Of a stretch of 24,000 bases of DNA, positions 1 to 8,474 are shown in pieces. The first letter of the stretch is position 1, and each line of letters opens with the position of its first letter. The notes under the pieces were generated by a model. That model had not been told where the DNA came from. It ran no database searches and worked only from the letters and a program-made list of their open reading frames with translations. The DNA lies in the NCBI GenBank assembly GCA_002255025.1, contig NJEJ01000003.1, positions 3,132 through 27,131 of the forward strand, given 5' to 3'. This DNA comes from Candidatus Bathyarchaeota archaeon ex4484_135 (lineage in GTDB: Archaea; Thermoproteota; Bathyarchaeia; EX4484-135). The translations under genes and the position numbers were made by a program.

Positions 1-5
1 AGATC

Positions 6-1367
6 TTGGCCGCGAGGAAGCCGAAGGCCGTGGCCATGGCCGTGGCTGGCCTGGACCCATCGGGCGGAGCTGGCCTATCGGCCGACATAAGGGCCTTCAC
101 GGCCTTAGGCGTATACTGTGCCCCCGTCATATCGGCCATAACGGTCCAAGACACGAGAGGCGTTTATGCTGTGAGGCCCGTGGAAGCTGACCTCCTTAAG
201 AGGCAGTTAGAAGCGGTCCTAGAGGACCTGAGGCCCTCCTGGGCTAAGGTGGGCGTCCTCTACTCGGCCGAGAACGTCAAGCTAGTGGCCGAACTCCTGC
301 CCGAGAAAGGCGTGGAACTGGTCGTTGACCCCGTGCTAAGGGCTGGGACAGGAGGGCCCTTGCTCGAGCATGGTGCCCTCGAGGCCCTGAGGGACGAGCT
401 GATCCCGAGGGCCTTTATCATAACGCCCAACGCCTGTGAGGCAGGCGAGCTAGCGGGCATCCAGGTCAGGTCGATTAAAGATGCCAAGAAGGCCGCCAGG
501 GCCCTGGCCCTGTTAGGCCCTGAGGGCGTCGTGGTAAAGGGAGGGCACATAAGAGGTCTCATGGCAACCGACGTGCTCTACTATGAAGGACGTTTCTACG
601 AGTTCAGGAGGCCAAGGTTTGATGTGGACGCCCACGGCTCTGGATGTGCTTTCTCTTCCTTCCTGACGGCCCTCCTGGCCCTGGGCGAGGACGTGCCTTC
701 TGCTGTCGAGAAGGCCGGCGACCTGGCCTACGATGCCATTCGCTGGTCCATTAGCGTGGGCTCGGGCAGGCCTGTGGCAGAGCCATCAGCGAGGCTGCTC
801 AGGGAGGCCGAGAGGTACGCGGTCCTGAGGGAGGTCGAGGAAGCCGTCGGGGCCTTCCTGTCTGAGCCTAAGGTAACCGATTTCATACCAGAGGTCGGGA
901 CGCAGATAGGTATGGCTATCTCCATGCCCTCAGGTCCTGAGGATGTGGCAGCCGTCGAGGGACGTATAGTAAGAGCCGGTGCTAGACCTGTAGCCGTCGG
1001 ACCTGTGAGGTTCGGGGCCTCGAGCCATGTGGCACGCATCATACTGGCGGCCATGAGGTACGACCCGGGCATGAGGTCGGCCATGAACATGGCCTATAGG
1101 CCCGGGCTCCTTGAGGCCCTCAAGCGTATGGGCTTGACGGTAGCCTCCTTCGACAGGCCAAGGGAGCCGCCCGATGTGGCCATGACGGAGGGAGCTTCAC
1201 TGCCCTGGGGAGTTGAAGAAGCCATCAAGGCCTGTGGAGGACGTGTCCCGGACGCCATATATGACCTGGGGGCCGTGGGCAAGGAGCCCATGATAAGGCT
1301 CTTGGGCAGGTCGGCCCGCGAGGTGGTCAAGAAGGCCCTCAGGGCCGTAAGGATGGCCTCGGGCTAA
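6..1367 (+). CDS. thiD: Bifunctional hydroxymethylpyrimidine (phosphate) kinase / ThiN-type thiamine-phosphate synthase
   Basis: Protein has the ThiD signature (AVAGLDPSGGAGLSADIRAFTALGVY..., VVKGGH..., GSGCAFSSFLTALLALG) followed by a ThiN-like C-terminal domain (PEVGTQIGMAISMP... GPVRFGASSHVARIILAAMRYDP... RSAMNMAY). TTG start at 6; the true start could lie upstream of the window. Confidence 0.9.
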   Translation: MAARKPKAVAMAVAGLDPSGGAGLSADIRAFTALGVYCAPVISAITVQDTRGVYAVRPVEADLLKRQLEAVLEDLRPSWAKVGVLYSAENVKLVAELLPEKGVELVVDPVLRAGTGGPLLEHGALEALRDELIPRAFIITPNACEAGELAGIQVRSIKDAKKAARALALLGPEGVVVKGGHIRGLMATDVLYYEGRFYEFRRPRFDVDAHGSGCAFSSFLTALLALGEDVPSAVEKAGDLAYDAIRWSISVGSGRPVAEPSARLLREAERYAVLREVEEAVGAFLSEPKVTDFIPEVGTQIGMAISMPSGPEDVAAVEGRIVRAGARPVAVGPVRFGASSHVARIILAAMRYDPGMRSAMNMAYRPGLLEALKRMGLTVASFDRPREPPDVAMTEGASLPWGVEEAIKACGGRVPDAIYDLGAVGKEPMIRLLGRSAREVVKKALRAVRMASG

Positions 1368-1378
1368 ACATATATCAG
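1368..1378 (+). promoter_or_regulatory. Putative TATA box upstream of moaC
   Basis: aacatatatca, about 28 nt before the ATG at 1401; spacing fits archaeal leaderless transcription. Confidence 0.5.
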
Positions 1379-1400
1379 TTCTCAGGGCCCTTTACCCGGC

Positions 1401-1853
1401 ATGAAGGGCGTGGAAATGATTGGGGTAGGGCACAAGCCCGATGTCCTAAGGGTGGCCGTGGCCGAGGGCAAGATATTGCTCGGCCGTGAGGCCCTGAGGC
1501 GTATAAGGGAGGGGTCCGTCGAGAAGGGAGACCCGCTCTTGGCCGCCCAGCTGGCTGGCATACTGGCTGCCAAGAGGACGCCGGAGCTCATACCGCTATG
1601 CCACCCGATACCCATAACTAAGGTCGATATAGAACCGACGGTCGAGGAGGACGGCGTGAGGATTAAGGCCCGGGTCGAGGCCGTGGCCAAGACGGGCGTG
1701 GAGATGGAGGCCCTCACAGCCGTCTCGGTGGCCCTGCTGACTGTGTGGGACATGGTGAAGCAGTACGAGAAGGACGAGGCTGGCCAGTACCCTCATACGG
1801 CCATAACGGGCATAAGAGTGCTCAGCAAAATTAAGGGGCCGGTTCAGCCCTGA
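1401..1853 (+). CDS. moaC: Cyclic pyranopterin monophosphate synthase MoaC
   Basis: Contains ELIPLCHPIPITKVDIEP, ARVEAVAKTGVEMEALTAVSVALLTVWDMVK and GQYPHTAITGIRVLSK, the diagnostic MoaC motifs. Confidence 0.95.
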   Translation: MKGVEMIGVGHKPDVLRVAVAEGKILLGREALRRIREGSVEKGDPLLAAQLAGILAAKRTPELIPLCHPIPITKVDIEPTVEEDGVRIKARVEAVAKTGVEMEALTAVSVALLTVWDMVKQYEKDEAGQYPHTAITGIRVLSKIKGPVQP

Positions 1854-2542
1854 GCCGAGCTGTAAGGGCAGGCCTTGATACATATCCCGCATATCAACTC
1901 GCCTATCCCCGGCCTTCTGGCGAACTCCATGAGCTTCTCCAAGCAGGCTCTGTAATCGAAGACCTCATTACGGCTCCTCGGCTTGAGGTCAAAGCTGACG
2001 TCTCTTATGGCACCGGCCGGGCAGGCCTCCACGCAGGCCCGGCAGGGACCACATTTCGACCTCACGGGCTTGCCGACCTCTAGGGGCATGTCGGTCAAGA
2101 CGGTCGCAAACCGGACTCTTGGGCCGTGGTCGGGCGTTATGACCAACAAGTTCTTTCCCATCCAGCCCAGGCCAGCCAAGACAGCCACGGCCTTATGCGA
2201 TATCAGGCCCAGCTGACGCTCCCAATCGGCTATCCGCGAGGCCGGTACTGCTAAGGCCCTGTAACCCTTCGAGGAGCAGAAGGATGCTATCTCGCGGGCC
2301 GCCCGGTCCAGGAGGGCATTCGCCCGCCGGTAGCAGCGTGCGTAAGCCGGTGATGGCCCATCTGGCCCTATGGTCTCTATGACCTCGCGGGGCAGGACTA
2401 CGCCTATGGAAATGGCCCTTGAGTATTTCTTGAGCAACCGCTTCGATATGCCGAACTCATCCTCGTAGGACGAGAGGTCAGCGAACCCAACTTTATCGGC
2501 ACCTACCGCCCTGGCTAGGGCCTTTATCTCGTCCTCGTACAA
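1844..2542 (-). CDS. QueG-like 4Fe-4S double-cluster protein (epoxyqueuosine reductase-like)
   Basis: LAGLGWMGKNLLVITPDHGPRVRFATVLTDMPLEVGKPVRSKCGPCRACVEACPAGAI and ICGICIKACPYS match the COG1600-type layout. The ORF runs to 2683, but homology-like sequence starts near LLYEDEIKALARAVGADKVGFADL, so a TTG start at 2542 is proposed. That removes the overlap with metG. Confidence 0.75.
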   Translation of the reverse strand: MYEDEIKALARAVGADKVGFADLSSYEDEFGISKRLLKKYSRAISIGVVLPREVIETIGPDGPSPAYARCYRRANALLDRAAREIASFCSSKGYRALAVPASRIADWERQLGLISHKAVAVLAGLGWMGKNLLVITPDHGPRVRFATVLTDMPLEVGKPVRSKCGPCRACVEACPAGAIRDVSFDLKPRSRNEVFDYRACLEKLMEFARRPGIGELICGICIKACPYSSAQG

Positions 2543-2572
2543 GAGTGGCCCCGGGGACCTGTGGCCCTCACG

Positions 2573-2580
2573 CTTATAGA
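2573..2580. promoter_or_regulatory. Candidate shared or divergent TATA element between queG-like gene and metG
   Basis: cttataga on +, tctataag on -. It lies about 34 nt from the proposed start at 2542 (-) and about 45 nt from the TTG at 2621 (+). Confidence 0.35.
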
Positions 2581-2620
2581 TGTCCTCTCCTGCCTCGGGT
2601 GGGGGTGGTAGGCCCTCACC

Positions 2621-4303
2621 TTGAAAGGCAAGCCCAGGTACGTAGTGTGTGCTGCCTGGCCCTACATCAACTACGTGCCACACCTCGGGACCATCATACC
2701 GCTCCTGTCGGCCGACGTAGTGACCCGCTTCTTACGCATGAGAGGACATGATGTCGTCTTCGTCAGCGGCTCCGACGAGCACGGCACGCCAATAGAGGTC
2801 GAGGCCGTCAGGCAGGGCATAGAGCCCAAGGAGCTCACGGACCGCAATCACGAGTTAGTGGTCAGGCTGTTAAAGGAATGGGAGCTCTCCTTGGACAGCT
2901 ACATAAGGACAGAGCACCCGGTCCACAAGGAGTTCATAAAACGCTTCTACAAGCGTGTCTACGCTAACGGATACGTCTTCGAGCGAGACGAGGAGCTGCC
3001 TTACTGTGAGAGCTGCGGCCGCTTCCTGCCTGACCGCTTCGTGGAGGGCACCTGCCCCTACTGCGGCTATGAAAGGGCCCGGGGAGACCAGTGCGAGGCC
3101 TGCGGGAGGCTGCTGGACCCGGCCAAGCTCGTGAACCTCAGATGTGTCATCTGTGGCTCTAGGCCCGTCATAAGGACCACGAGGCACTGGTTCCTCGACC
3201 TGACGAAGCTCCAAGAGGCCGTGGAAGAATACGTCCGCTCGAACGAGCGTTTCTCCGATACGGTCCGCTCGTTCAGCCTTAGGATGCTCGAGGAAGGCCT
3301 GAGGCCGCGTTCTATAACACGCGATACGAAATGGGGCATAGAGGCACCCTTCCCGGGTGCTGAGGGCAAGACCATATACTGCTGGTTTGAGGCCGTCTTG
3401 GGCTACATATCGGCCACCATAGCTTACTTCAGGTCCAAGGGCCAGCCGGACCGCTGGGAGGCCTTCTGGAAGGACCCGGAGGCCCGCTCGGTGTTCTTCA
3501 TAGGCAAGGACAACATACCGTTCCATGCCATCCTCCTGCCAGCCCTCCTGCTGGCCTCCGGCGAGGGCTACAACTTGCCCTGGGACGTAGTGTCCAACGA
3601 GTTCTTGCTTTGGGAGGGAGAGAAGTTCTCGAAGAGCAGACGCGTGGGTATATGGATTGACGAAGCCCTCGAGCTGTTCCCGGCCGATTACTGGCGTTTC
3701 GTCTTAGTGGCCCTCAGGCCGGAGCTGAGGGACTCCAACTTCACTTGGGAGCAGTTCCTGGAGAAGGTCAACTCGGACTTAAACGACACGATAGGGAACT
3801 TCATACACAGGACCCTGACCTTCATATGGAGATACTTCAGCGGCCGCGTGCCCGAGCCCGGCCCCATGGGCCCGAGAGATGAAGAAGCCCTAAAGCTTCT
3901 CAAGGACGCGTTCGACCAGATAACGGACGAGCTGGAGAACTTCAGGCTGAAGTCGGCCCTGAGGTCCGTGGTCGAGCTGGCCAGGGAAGGGAACCGCTAC
4001 CTGAACGAGCGTGAGCCCTGGAAGCTGGTGAAGGAAAGGCCGGATGAGGCCAGGACGGCCTTATACGTGGCTGCCCAGCTCGTGAAGGCCCTCTCGGTCC
4101 TCCTGGCCCCCTTCGTGCCCTCATCGGCCGACAGGCTCTGGTCCATGCTGGGCCTGGAGGGCTCCGTGCACGAGGCGTCCTGGGACGATGCCCTCAGGCC
4201 CTTGGAGCCAGGGCATGTTATAAGGAAGCCTGAGCCTCTGTTCCGCAAGGTCGAGAAGGGGCCTGAGGAGCTGAGGGCAGCTTTAGAAAGGCTGAGAGCT
4301 TGA
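2621..4303 (+). CDS. metG: Methionyl-tRNA synthetase
   Basis: Class I aaRS: CAAWPYINYVPHLGTIIPLLSADVVTRFLRMRGHDVVFVSGSDEHGTPIEVEA, zinc-knuckle cysteines (CESCG...CPYCG...CEACG...CVICG), FIGKDNIPFHAILLPALLLA, and KFSKSRRVGIWI (KMSKS-like). TTG start. Confidence 0.95.
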   Translation: MKGKPRYVVCAAWPYINYVPHLGTIIPLLSADVVTRFLRMRGHDVVFVSGSDEHGTPIEVEAVRQGIEPKELTDRNHELVVRLLKEWELSLDSYIRTEHPVHKEFIKRFYKRVYANGYVFERDEELPYCESCGRFLPDRFVEGTCPYCGYERARGDQCEACGRLLDPAKLVNLRCVICGSRPVIRTTRHWFLDLTKLQEAVEEYVRSNERFSDTVRSFSLRMLEEGLRPRSITRDTKWGIEAPFPGAEGKTIYCWFEAVLGYISATIAYFRSKGQPDRWEAFWKDPEARSVFFIGKDNIPFHAILLPALLLASGEGYNLPWDVVSNEFLLWEGEKFSKSRRVGIWIDEALELFPADYWRFVLVALRPELRDSNFTWEQFLEKVNSDLNDTIGNFIHRTLTFIWRYFSGRVPEPGPMGPRDEEALKLLKDAFDQITDELENFRLKSALRSVVELAREGNRYLNEREPWKLVKERPDEARTALYVAAQLVKALSVLLAPFVPSSADRLWSMLGLEGSVHEASWDDALRPLEPGHVIRKPEPLFRKVEKGPEELRAALERLRA

Positions 4304-4956
4304 GCGACGGCCTGAGGATAGATCTACACGTCCACACCTTCTACTCGGGCGATGCCATAACGAGCCCCAGGGAAGCAGTTTTATGGGCTAAAAAAGCCGG
4401 CCTCCACGGCCTGGCCATAACTGACCACGACACGCTGAAGGGGGCCCTTAAGGCCCACGAGATCGGCCGCAGGGAAGGCGTCTTGATCCTGCCGGGCATG
4501 GAGTTAGAGAGCAGGGGAGGCCACGTCTTGGCCTTGTGCCCGTTAGAGCCCGTCAGGCCCGGGAACAGCTTGGCCGAGACCGTGGAGACCGTGAGGGAAG
4601 CCGGAGGCCTGGCCATCCTAGCACACCCGTACCACCTGCTGGCCCCTCGGGCCTGGGACCTAGAGGGCCTGAGGGCCCTAGATGCCGTAGAGGTCCTGAA
4701 CGCCAGCGACCCCCTGGCTGCCCTGAGCACGAGGCTCGCCATCAGGCTGGCCAGGGCCTTGGGCAAGCCCGAGACGGGCGGGAGCGATGCCCACTTCCCC
4801 GAGGCCATAGGAGCTGCCTACACTGTCGTGGAAGCAGACCCAGACCCGGACGAGGTTTTATCGGCCATAGAAAAGGGCCTGACGACGCCGAGCAGGAGGG
4901 CCTTGAATCCCATGGTCATCTTGAAGAAATGGGCCATACCTAATTACCTACGTTGA
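4300..4956 (+). CDS. PHP-domain metal-dependent phosphoesterase
   Basis: DLHVHTFYSGDAI, HDTLKG, GMELES, LAHPYH and GSDAHFPE are PHP metal-binding motifs. The TTG start overlaps the metG stop (TTGA). Confidence 0.88.
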   Translation: MSDGLRIDLHVHTFYSGDAITSPREAVLWAKKAGLHGLAITDHDTLKGALKAHEIGRREGVLILPGMELESRGGHVLALCPLEPVRPGNSLAETVETVREAGGLAILAHPYHLLAPRAWDLEGLRALDAVEVLNASDPLAALSTRLAIRLARALGKPETGGSDAHFPEAIGAAYTVVEADPDPDEVLSAIEKGLTTPSRRALNPMVILKKWAIPNYLR

Positions 4957-5129
4957 TTCTGGCCTTCCTCCCTTTCTCTCCTGCCCCAGAACTCCTTGTT
5001 CAGCAGGTCCCTTATGGCCACCCTTATAGCTTCAGCACGGCTCGGGTAATAACGCTTCTCCACGAGCTCGTCCAGGGCCCTGAGGTACGACTCCGGCAGG
5101 TAGAGCGTTATCAGCTTCACGGCGGGCAC
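4944..5129 (-). CDS. Ribbon-helix-helix (CopG/NikR N-terminal-like) DNA-binding protein
   Basis: VKLITLYLPESYLRALDELVEKRYYPSRAEAIRVAIRDLLNKE is a typical RHH fold signature. GTG start at 5129 or a few codons downstream. Confidence 0.8.
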   Translation of the reverse strand: MPAVKLITLYLPESYLRALDELVEKRYYPSRAEAIRVAIRDLLNKEFWGRREREEGQNQRR

Positions 5130-5281
5130 CGGGCACGCAGGGCCTCAGGCCCCTTTTCAGGGGGCGTGTTAGGGAGGAGATAAGGGGAAAACAAGAGGGT
5201 GGTTAAGGCCGGGAGGAGGTAGGTACCTGCTTACACATGGCTCATTAAAAAGGGCTGGTGTCTTATGGATTCCTACGGCAC

Positions 5282-5291
5282 GGTTTAAATC
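5282..5291 (+). promoter_or_regulatory. Putative TATA box upstream of the methylthiotransferase gene
   Basis: ggtttaaatc, about 30 nt before the TTG at 5316. Confidence 0.45.
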
Positions 5292-5315
5292 CGGCCCCTC
5301 GGGCCCTTAACGGAG

Positions 5316-6581
5316 TTGAGGGTCTACATAGAGAGCTACGGCTGTGCTATGAACATGGCCGATGGGCACCTCATGGCCGAGCTCCTGGCCGAAGCAGGCC
5401 ACACCATCGTCGATAGGCCTGAAGAGGCGGACGTCATAATACTAAACACATGTACGGTCCGCTCGGATACGGAGAGGAGGATGGTAAGGCGCCTGAGGGA
5501 ACTCATGTCCTACGGGAGACGCCTCGTCGTGGCTGGTTGCCTTGCCTCAGCCCAGCCCGGCCTGGTCTACAAGATATCGCGGGATATCTCGCTGCTCTCC
5601 GCGAGGGCCGTGGAAGCCGTCAGGGAGGTCGTGGAGGCCAACGGGCCAGTTTACGTCTTGGAGCCGAGGCCCAGGGAGAGATTGCCCAAGCTCCTCCACG
5701 GCATCAGCATAACCATACCGATCGCCGAGGGCTGCCTGGGCTCCTGTGCCTACTGCATCGTCCGGGTGGCCCGTGGGCCCCTTAGGTCCTACAGGCCCGA
5801 GGCCATAGTGAGGGCCGTGGAGGAAGCGGTCCGCAGGGGGGCCCGCGAGGTCAGGCTGACGGCCCAGGACACGGGCGTCTACGGCCTGGACATGGGGACC
5901 AACTTGGCCGAGCTCCTCAGGGCCGTCTGTGAGGTAGAGGGCCTCTTCATGGTGAGGGTGGGCATGATGAACCCAAATGCGGCCCTCCGCATCTTAGACG
6001 ACCTTGTAGAGGCCTACAAGGACCCGAAGGTCTACAAGTTCCTCCACCTGCCCGTCCAGACGGGCGATGACAGGCTCCTGAAGGCCATGAGACGTAATTA
6101 CACGGTGGAGGACTTCCTCACGGTCGTCGATGCCTTCAGGCGTGAGTTCCCGGACCTCATGCTCGCAACGGACATAATGGTCGGTTTACCGGGCGAGGAC
6201 GAAGAAGCCTTCAGGAACACGCTAGAGCTGCTGAAGCGTGTCAGGCCGGATAAGGTCCACGTGGCCAGGTTCACGCCCAGGCCACATACGAAGGCAGCCT
6301 CCATGCCGGGGCAAATCCCGGAGCCCGAGAAGAAGCGTAGGTCCCGTATCGTGACGGCCCTGGTCTTAAAGATAGGCCTGGAGAAGAACAGGGCCCTCAT
6401 AGGACGGCGTTTAGCCTGCCTGGTGGTCGGGAGGAGCGGAAGAGAAGGCCAATTGGAGGCCAGGGCCATGAATTACAAGCCGGTTTACTTCACGGGCCCT
6501 GAGGTCCTCGTAGGGGATTTCCTGGGGCTCGAGATAATCGATGCTGGCCCCTACTACCTAATCGGCCGTGCTTACTATTAA
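5316..6581 (+). CDS. tRNA threonylcarbamoyladenosine (t6A37) methylthiotransferase, MiaB/CDKAL1-like radical SAM
   Basis: UPF0004 N-terminus (YIESYGCAMNMADGHLM...EEADVIILNTCTVR), radical SAM CX3CX2C (EGCLGSCAYCIVRVARG), a C-terminal TRAM-like domain, and GLPGEDEEAF. Confidence 0.9.
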   Translation: MRVYIESYGCAMNMADGHLMAELLAEAGHTIVDRPEEADVIILNTCTVRSDTERRMVRRLRELMSYGRRLVVAGCLASAQPGLVYKISRDISLLSARAVEAVREVVEANGPVYVLEPRPRERLPKLLHGISITIPIAEGCLGSCAYCIVRVARGPLRSYRPEAIVRAVEEAVRRGAREVRLTAQDTGVYGLDMGTNLAELLRAVCEVEGLFMVRVGMMNPNAALRILDDLVEAYKDPKVYKFLHLPVQTGDDRLLKAMRRNYTVEDFLTVVDAFRREFPDLMLATDIMVGLPGEDEEAFRNTLELLKRVRPDKVHVARFTPRPHTKAASMPGQIPEPEKKRRSRIVTALVLKIGLEKNRALIGRRLACLVVGRSGREGQLEARAMNYKPVYFTGPEVLVGDFLGLEIIDAGPYYLIGRAYY

Positions 6582-6651
6582 AGGAGCCCGCTCAAAGACA
6601 AGGGGTTCCTGCTATCCCGGGGCAGGCCGTTGAACAGCCCGACCGTCAGGC

Positions 6652-7614
6652 TCAGGCCTGGCCTTTCCTACGCTTCAGAACCTCTATCAGGGCTGGTATG
6701 ATCTGGTAGAGGTCGCCCACCACGTAGTAGTCCGACACGGAGAGTATCGGTGCTTCCTCGTCCTTGTTTATGGCCACTATGACCTTTGAATCCCTTATGC
6801 CGGCCACGTGCTGTATGGCACCTGATATGCCGACGGCCACGTAAAGCTTGGGCTTCACCTTGCGGCCCGAGAGGCCAATCCACTCCGGGAACCAACCCCT
6901 GTCCTCCGCTATCGGCCTGGAGCAGCCGACAGCACCGCCGAGCAGCTTGGCCAGCTCCTCGAGCATGGCGAAGTCCTCACGCCTCTCAACCCCACGGCCG
7001 CCCGCCACTATGACCTCTGCTTCCTCAAGCCTGGGCCCCTTCAGCTCTTTCTCCTTGACCGACAGGAGCTTCAGCTTCGGCTCCGGGACCTCCAGGCTAA
7101 CGGTCCTGACCTTGCCGTTCCTCTTGGTTGCTGGCCTCTCGAAGGCCCTCGGTGCCACCGCCAGGACACACGGCAGGGACGGGCACTCCTGCCTAGCGAT
7201 GGCCCTGCCAGCGTAAACGGTCCTCTCGACCAGCAAGCGGCCGCCTTCGACCTTGATGGACGTGCAGCCGGTCATGCAGGGCACCTTCATCTTGGCCGAG
7301 AGCCTGGCAGCTACCTCACGGCCGAACCGGGTGGAAGCGATCAGGATTAGGTCGGCTCCCTCCGACCTGGCGACATCCTGTATGGCCGATGCGAAGACGG
7401 ACGAGTCTGGCACCGAGAACTTCCCATCGGTGGCCAGCAGGACCTCATCAGCCCACTTAGCCAGCTCCTCGGCCCCCGAGGCAGCTTCAGGCCCACCGGC
7501 TAGCACCAGGGCCTTCAGGCTGGACCCGAAGGCCTCGGCCAGGCTTGAGCCCCCGCCGAGCAGCTCAAGCAAGAGGTCCTTCTTCTCCGACCAAGCCAGG
7601 ACCGGCCCAGCCAT
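6652..7614 (-). CDS. etfA: Electron transfer flavoprotein alpha subunit
   Basis: C-terminal FAD domain: [41 protein letters not shown]...[33 protein letters not shown]...[16 protein letters not shown]. Confidence 0.93.
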   Translation of the reverse strand: MAGPVLAWSEKKDLLLELLGGGSSLAEAFGSSLKALVLAGGPEAASGAEELAKWADEVLLATDGKFSVPDSSVFASAIQDVARSEGADLILIASTRFGREVAARLSAKMKVPCMTGCTSIKVEGGRLLVERTVYAGRAIARQECPSLPCVLAVAPRAFERPATKRNGKVRTVSLEVPEPKLKLLSVKEKELKGPRLEEAEVIVAGGRGVERREDFAMLEELAKLLGGAVGCSRPIAEDRGWFPEWIGLSGRKVKPKLYVAVGISGAIQHVAGIRDSKVIVAINKDEEAPILSVSDYYVVGDLYQIIPALIEVLKRRKGQA

Positions 7615-8399
7615 CAGGACAACACCCCCTCTTCCTCCAGGGCCTTGAGGAGGTTCTCAGCTATTTCCTCAGGCGTCTCGCCCGCTATACGGACCTTTTT
7701 CCTCTCCATCGGGGGGACTATGACCTCTAGGAGGCCGTGGGCCCTCAGGGCCGATAGCTTCTCGGCCGATAGGCCCAAATCTTGGGCCCCGAGGACCTTT
7801 ATCTCCTTCTTAGCGGCCTTCATTATGGCCATGAGGCTCGGTATCCTGGGCGTGTTTATCTCTCTCGTGACCGTCACGACGACCGGGAGAGGGACGGCCA
7901 GTTCTTCATAACGGTCCTCCAGGGCCCTCTCGACCAAGAGCTCGCCGTCCCGGACCTCTATCTTCCTCACGCAGCTCACGCAGGGCACGCCCAGCAGCTC
8001 GGCCAGCTTAGGCCCGACCTGACCGGAGAAGCTATCGAGGGAGACCTCACCACATATCACTAGATCGGCCCCGCCGGCCTTCTCTATGACCTTGGCCAGG
8101 ACGGTGGTCGTCCCGAGCGTGTCAAGGTCCTTGAAGGCCTCATCGCAGGCCAGGTAGGCCTCGTCTATGCCCATGGCGAGGGCCTCCCTAAGGGCCATCT
8201 TGGCCCCCTCGGGCCCAATGGTGATGGCAAATGTCTTCCAGCCGAGCTTCTCCTTTATCTTCACGGCTTCTTCTATGGCATTCTTATCCAGGTCATTAGT
8301 CCTCATGGAAACGCCTTCTGTTATGAGCTTCCCTTCCCTATCGGCCTTCACCTGCTCCACGTCCGGTATGTACTTGACGCATACCGCTATGCTCGGCAT
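7614..8399 (-). CDS. etfB: Electron transfer flavoprotein beta subunit
   Basis: IAVCVKYIPDVEQVK...MNDLDKNAIEEAVKIKEK...DLVICGEVSLDSFSGQVGPKLAELLGVPCVSCV, then VTVTREINTPRIPSLMAIMKAAKKEI. The stop overlaps the etfA start (ATGA). Confidence 0.93.
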   Translation of the reverse strand: MPSIAVCVKYIPDVEQVKADREGKLITEGVSMRTNDLDKNAIEEAVKIKEKLGWKTFAITIGPEGAKMALREALAMGIDEAYLACDEAFKDLDTLGTTTVLAKVIEKAGGADLVICGEVSLDSFSGQVGPKLAELLGVPCVSCVRKIEVRDGELLVERALEDRYEELAVPLPVVVTVTREINTPRIPSLMAIMKAAKKEIKVLGAQDLGLSAEKLSALRAHGLLEVIVPPMERKKVRIAGETPEEIAENLLKALEEEGVLS

Positions 8400-8474
8400 C
8401 CCAGGCCCCCGCTGACATATGGCCCCGGATAAAAAGGATTACGGTTAAATCTGGGCCACGACATACCTCGGCCG

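Noticed and set aside
728-1330. Minus-strand ORFs opposite thiD (728-1090, 1094-1330, 260-562)
   Set aside because: Antisense to a well-supported CDS, with biased composition and no recognisable domain.
5183-5310. Intergenic purine-rich stretch before the methylthiotransferase gene as a small RNA
   Set aside because: No convincing box C/D, H/ACA or tRNA-like fold by eye; only a TATA box near its end is supportable.
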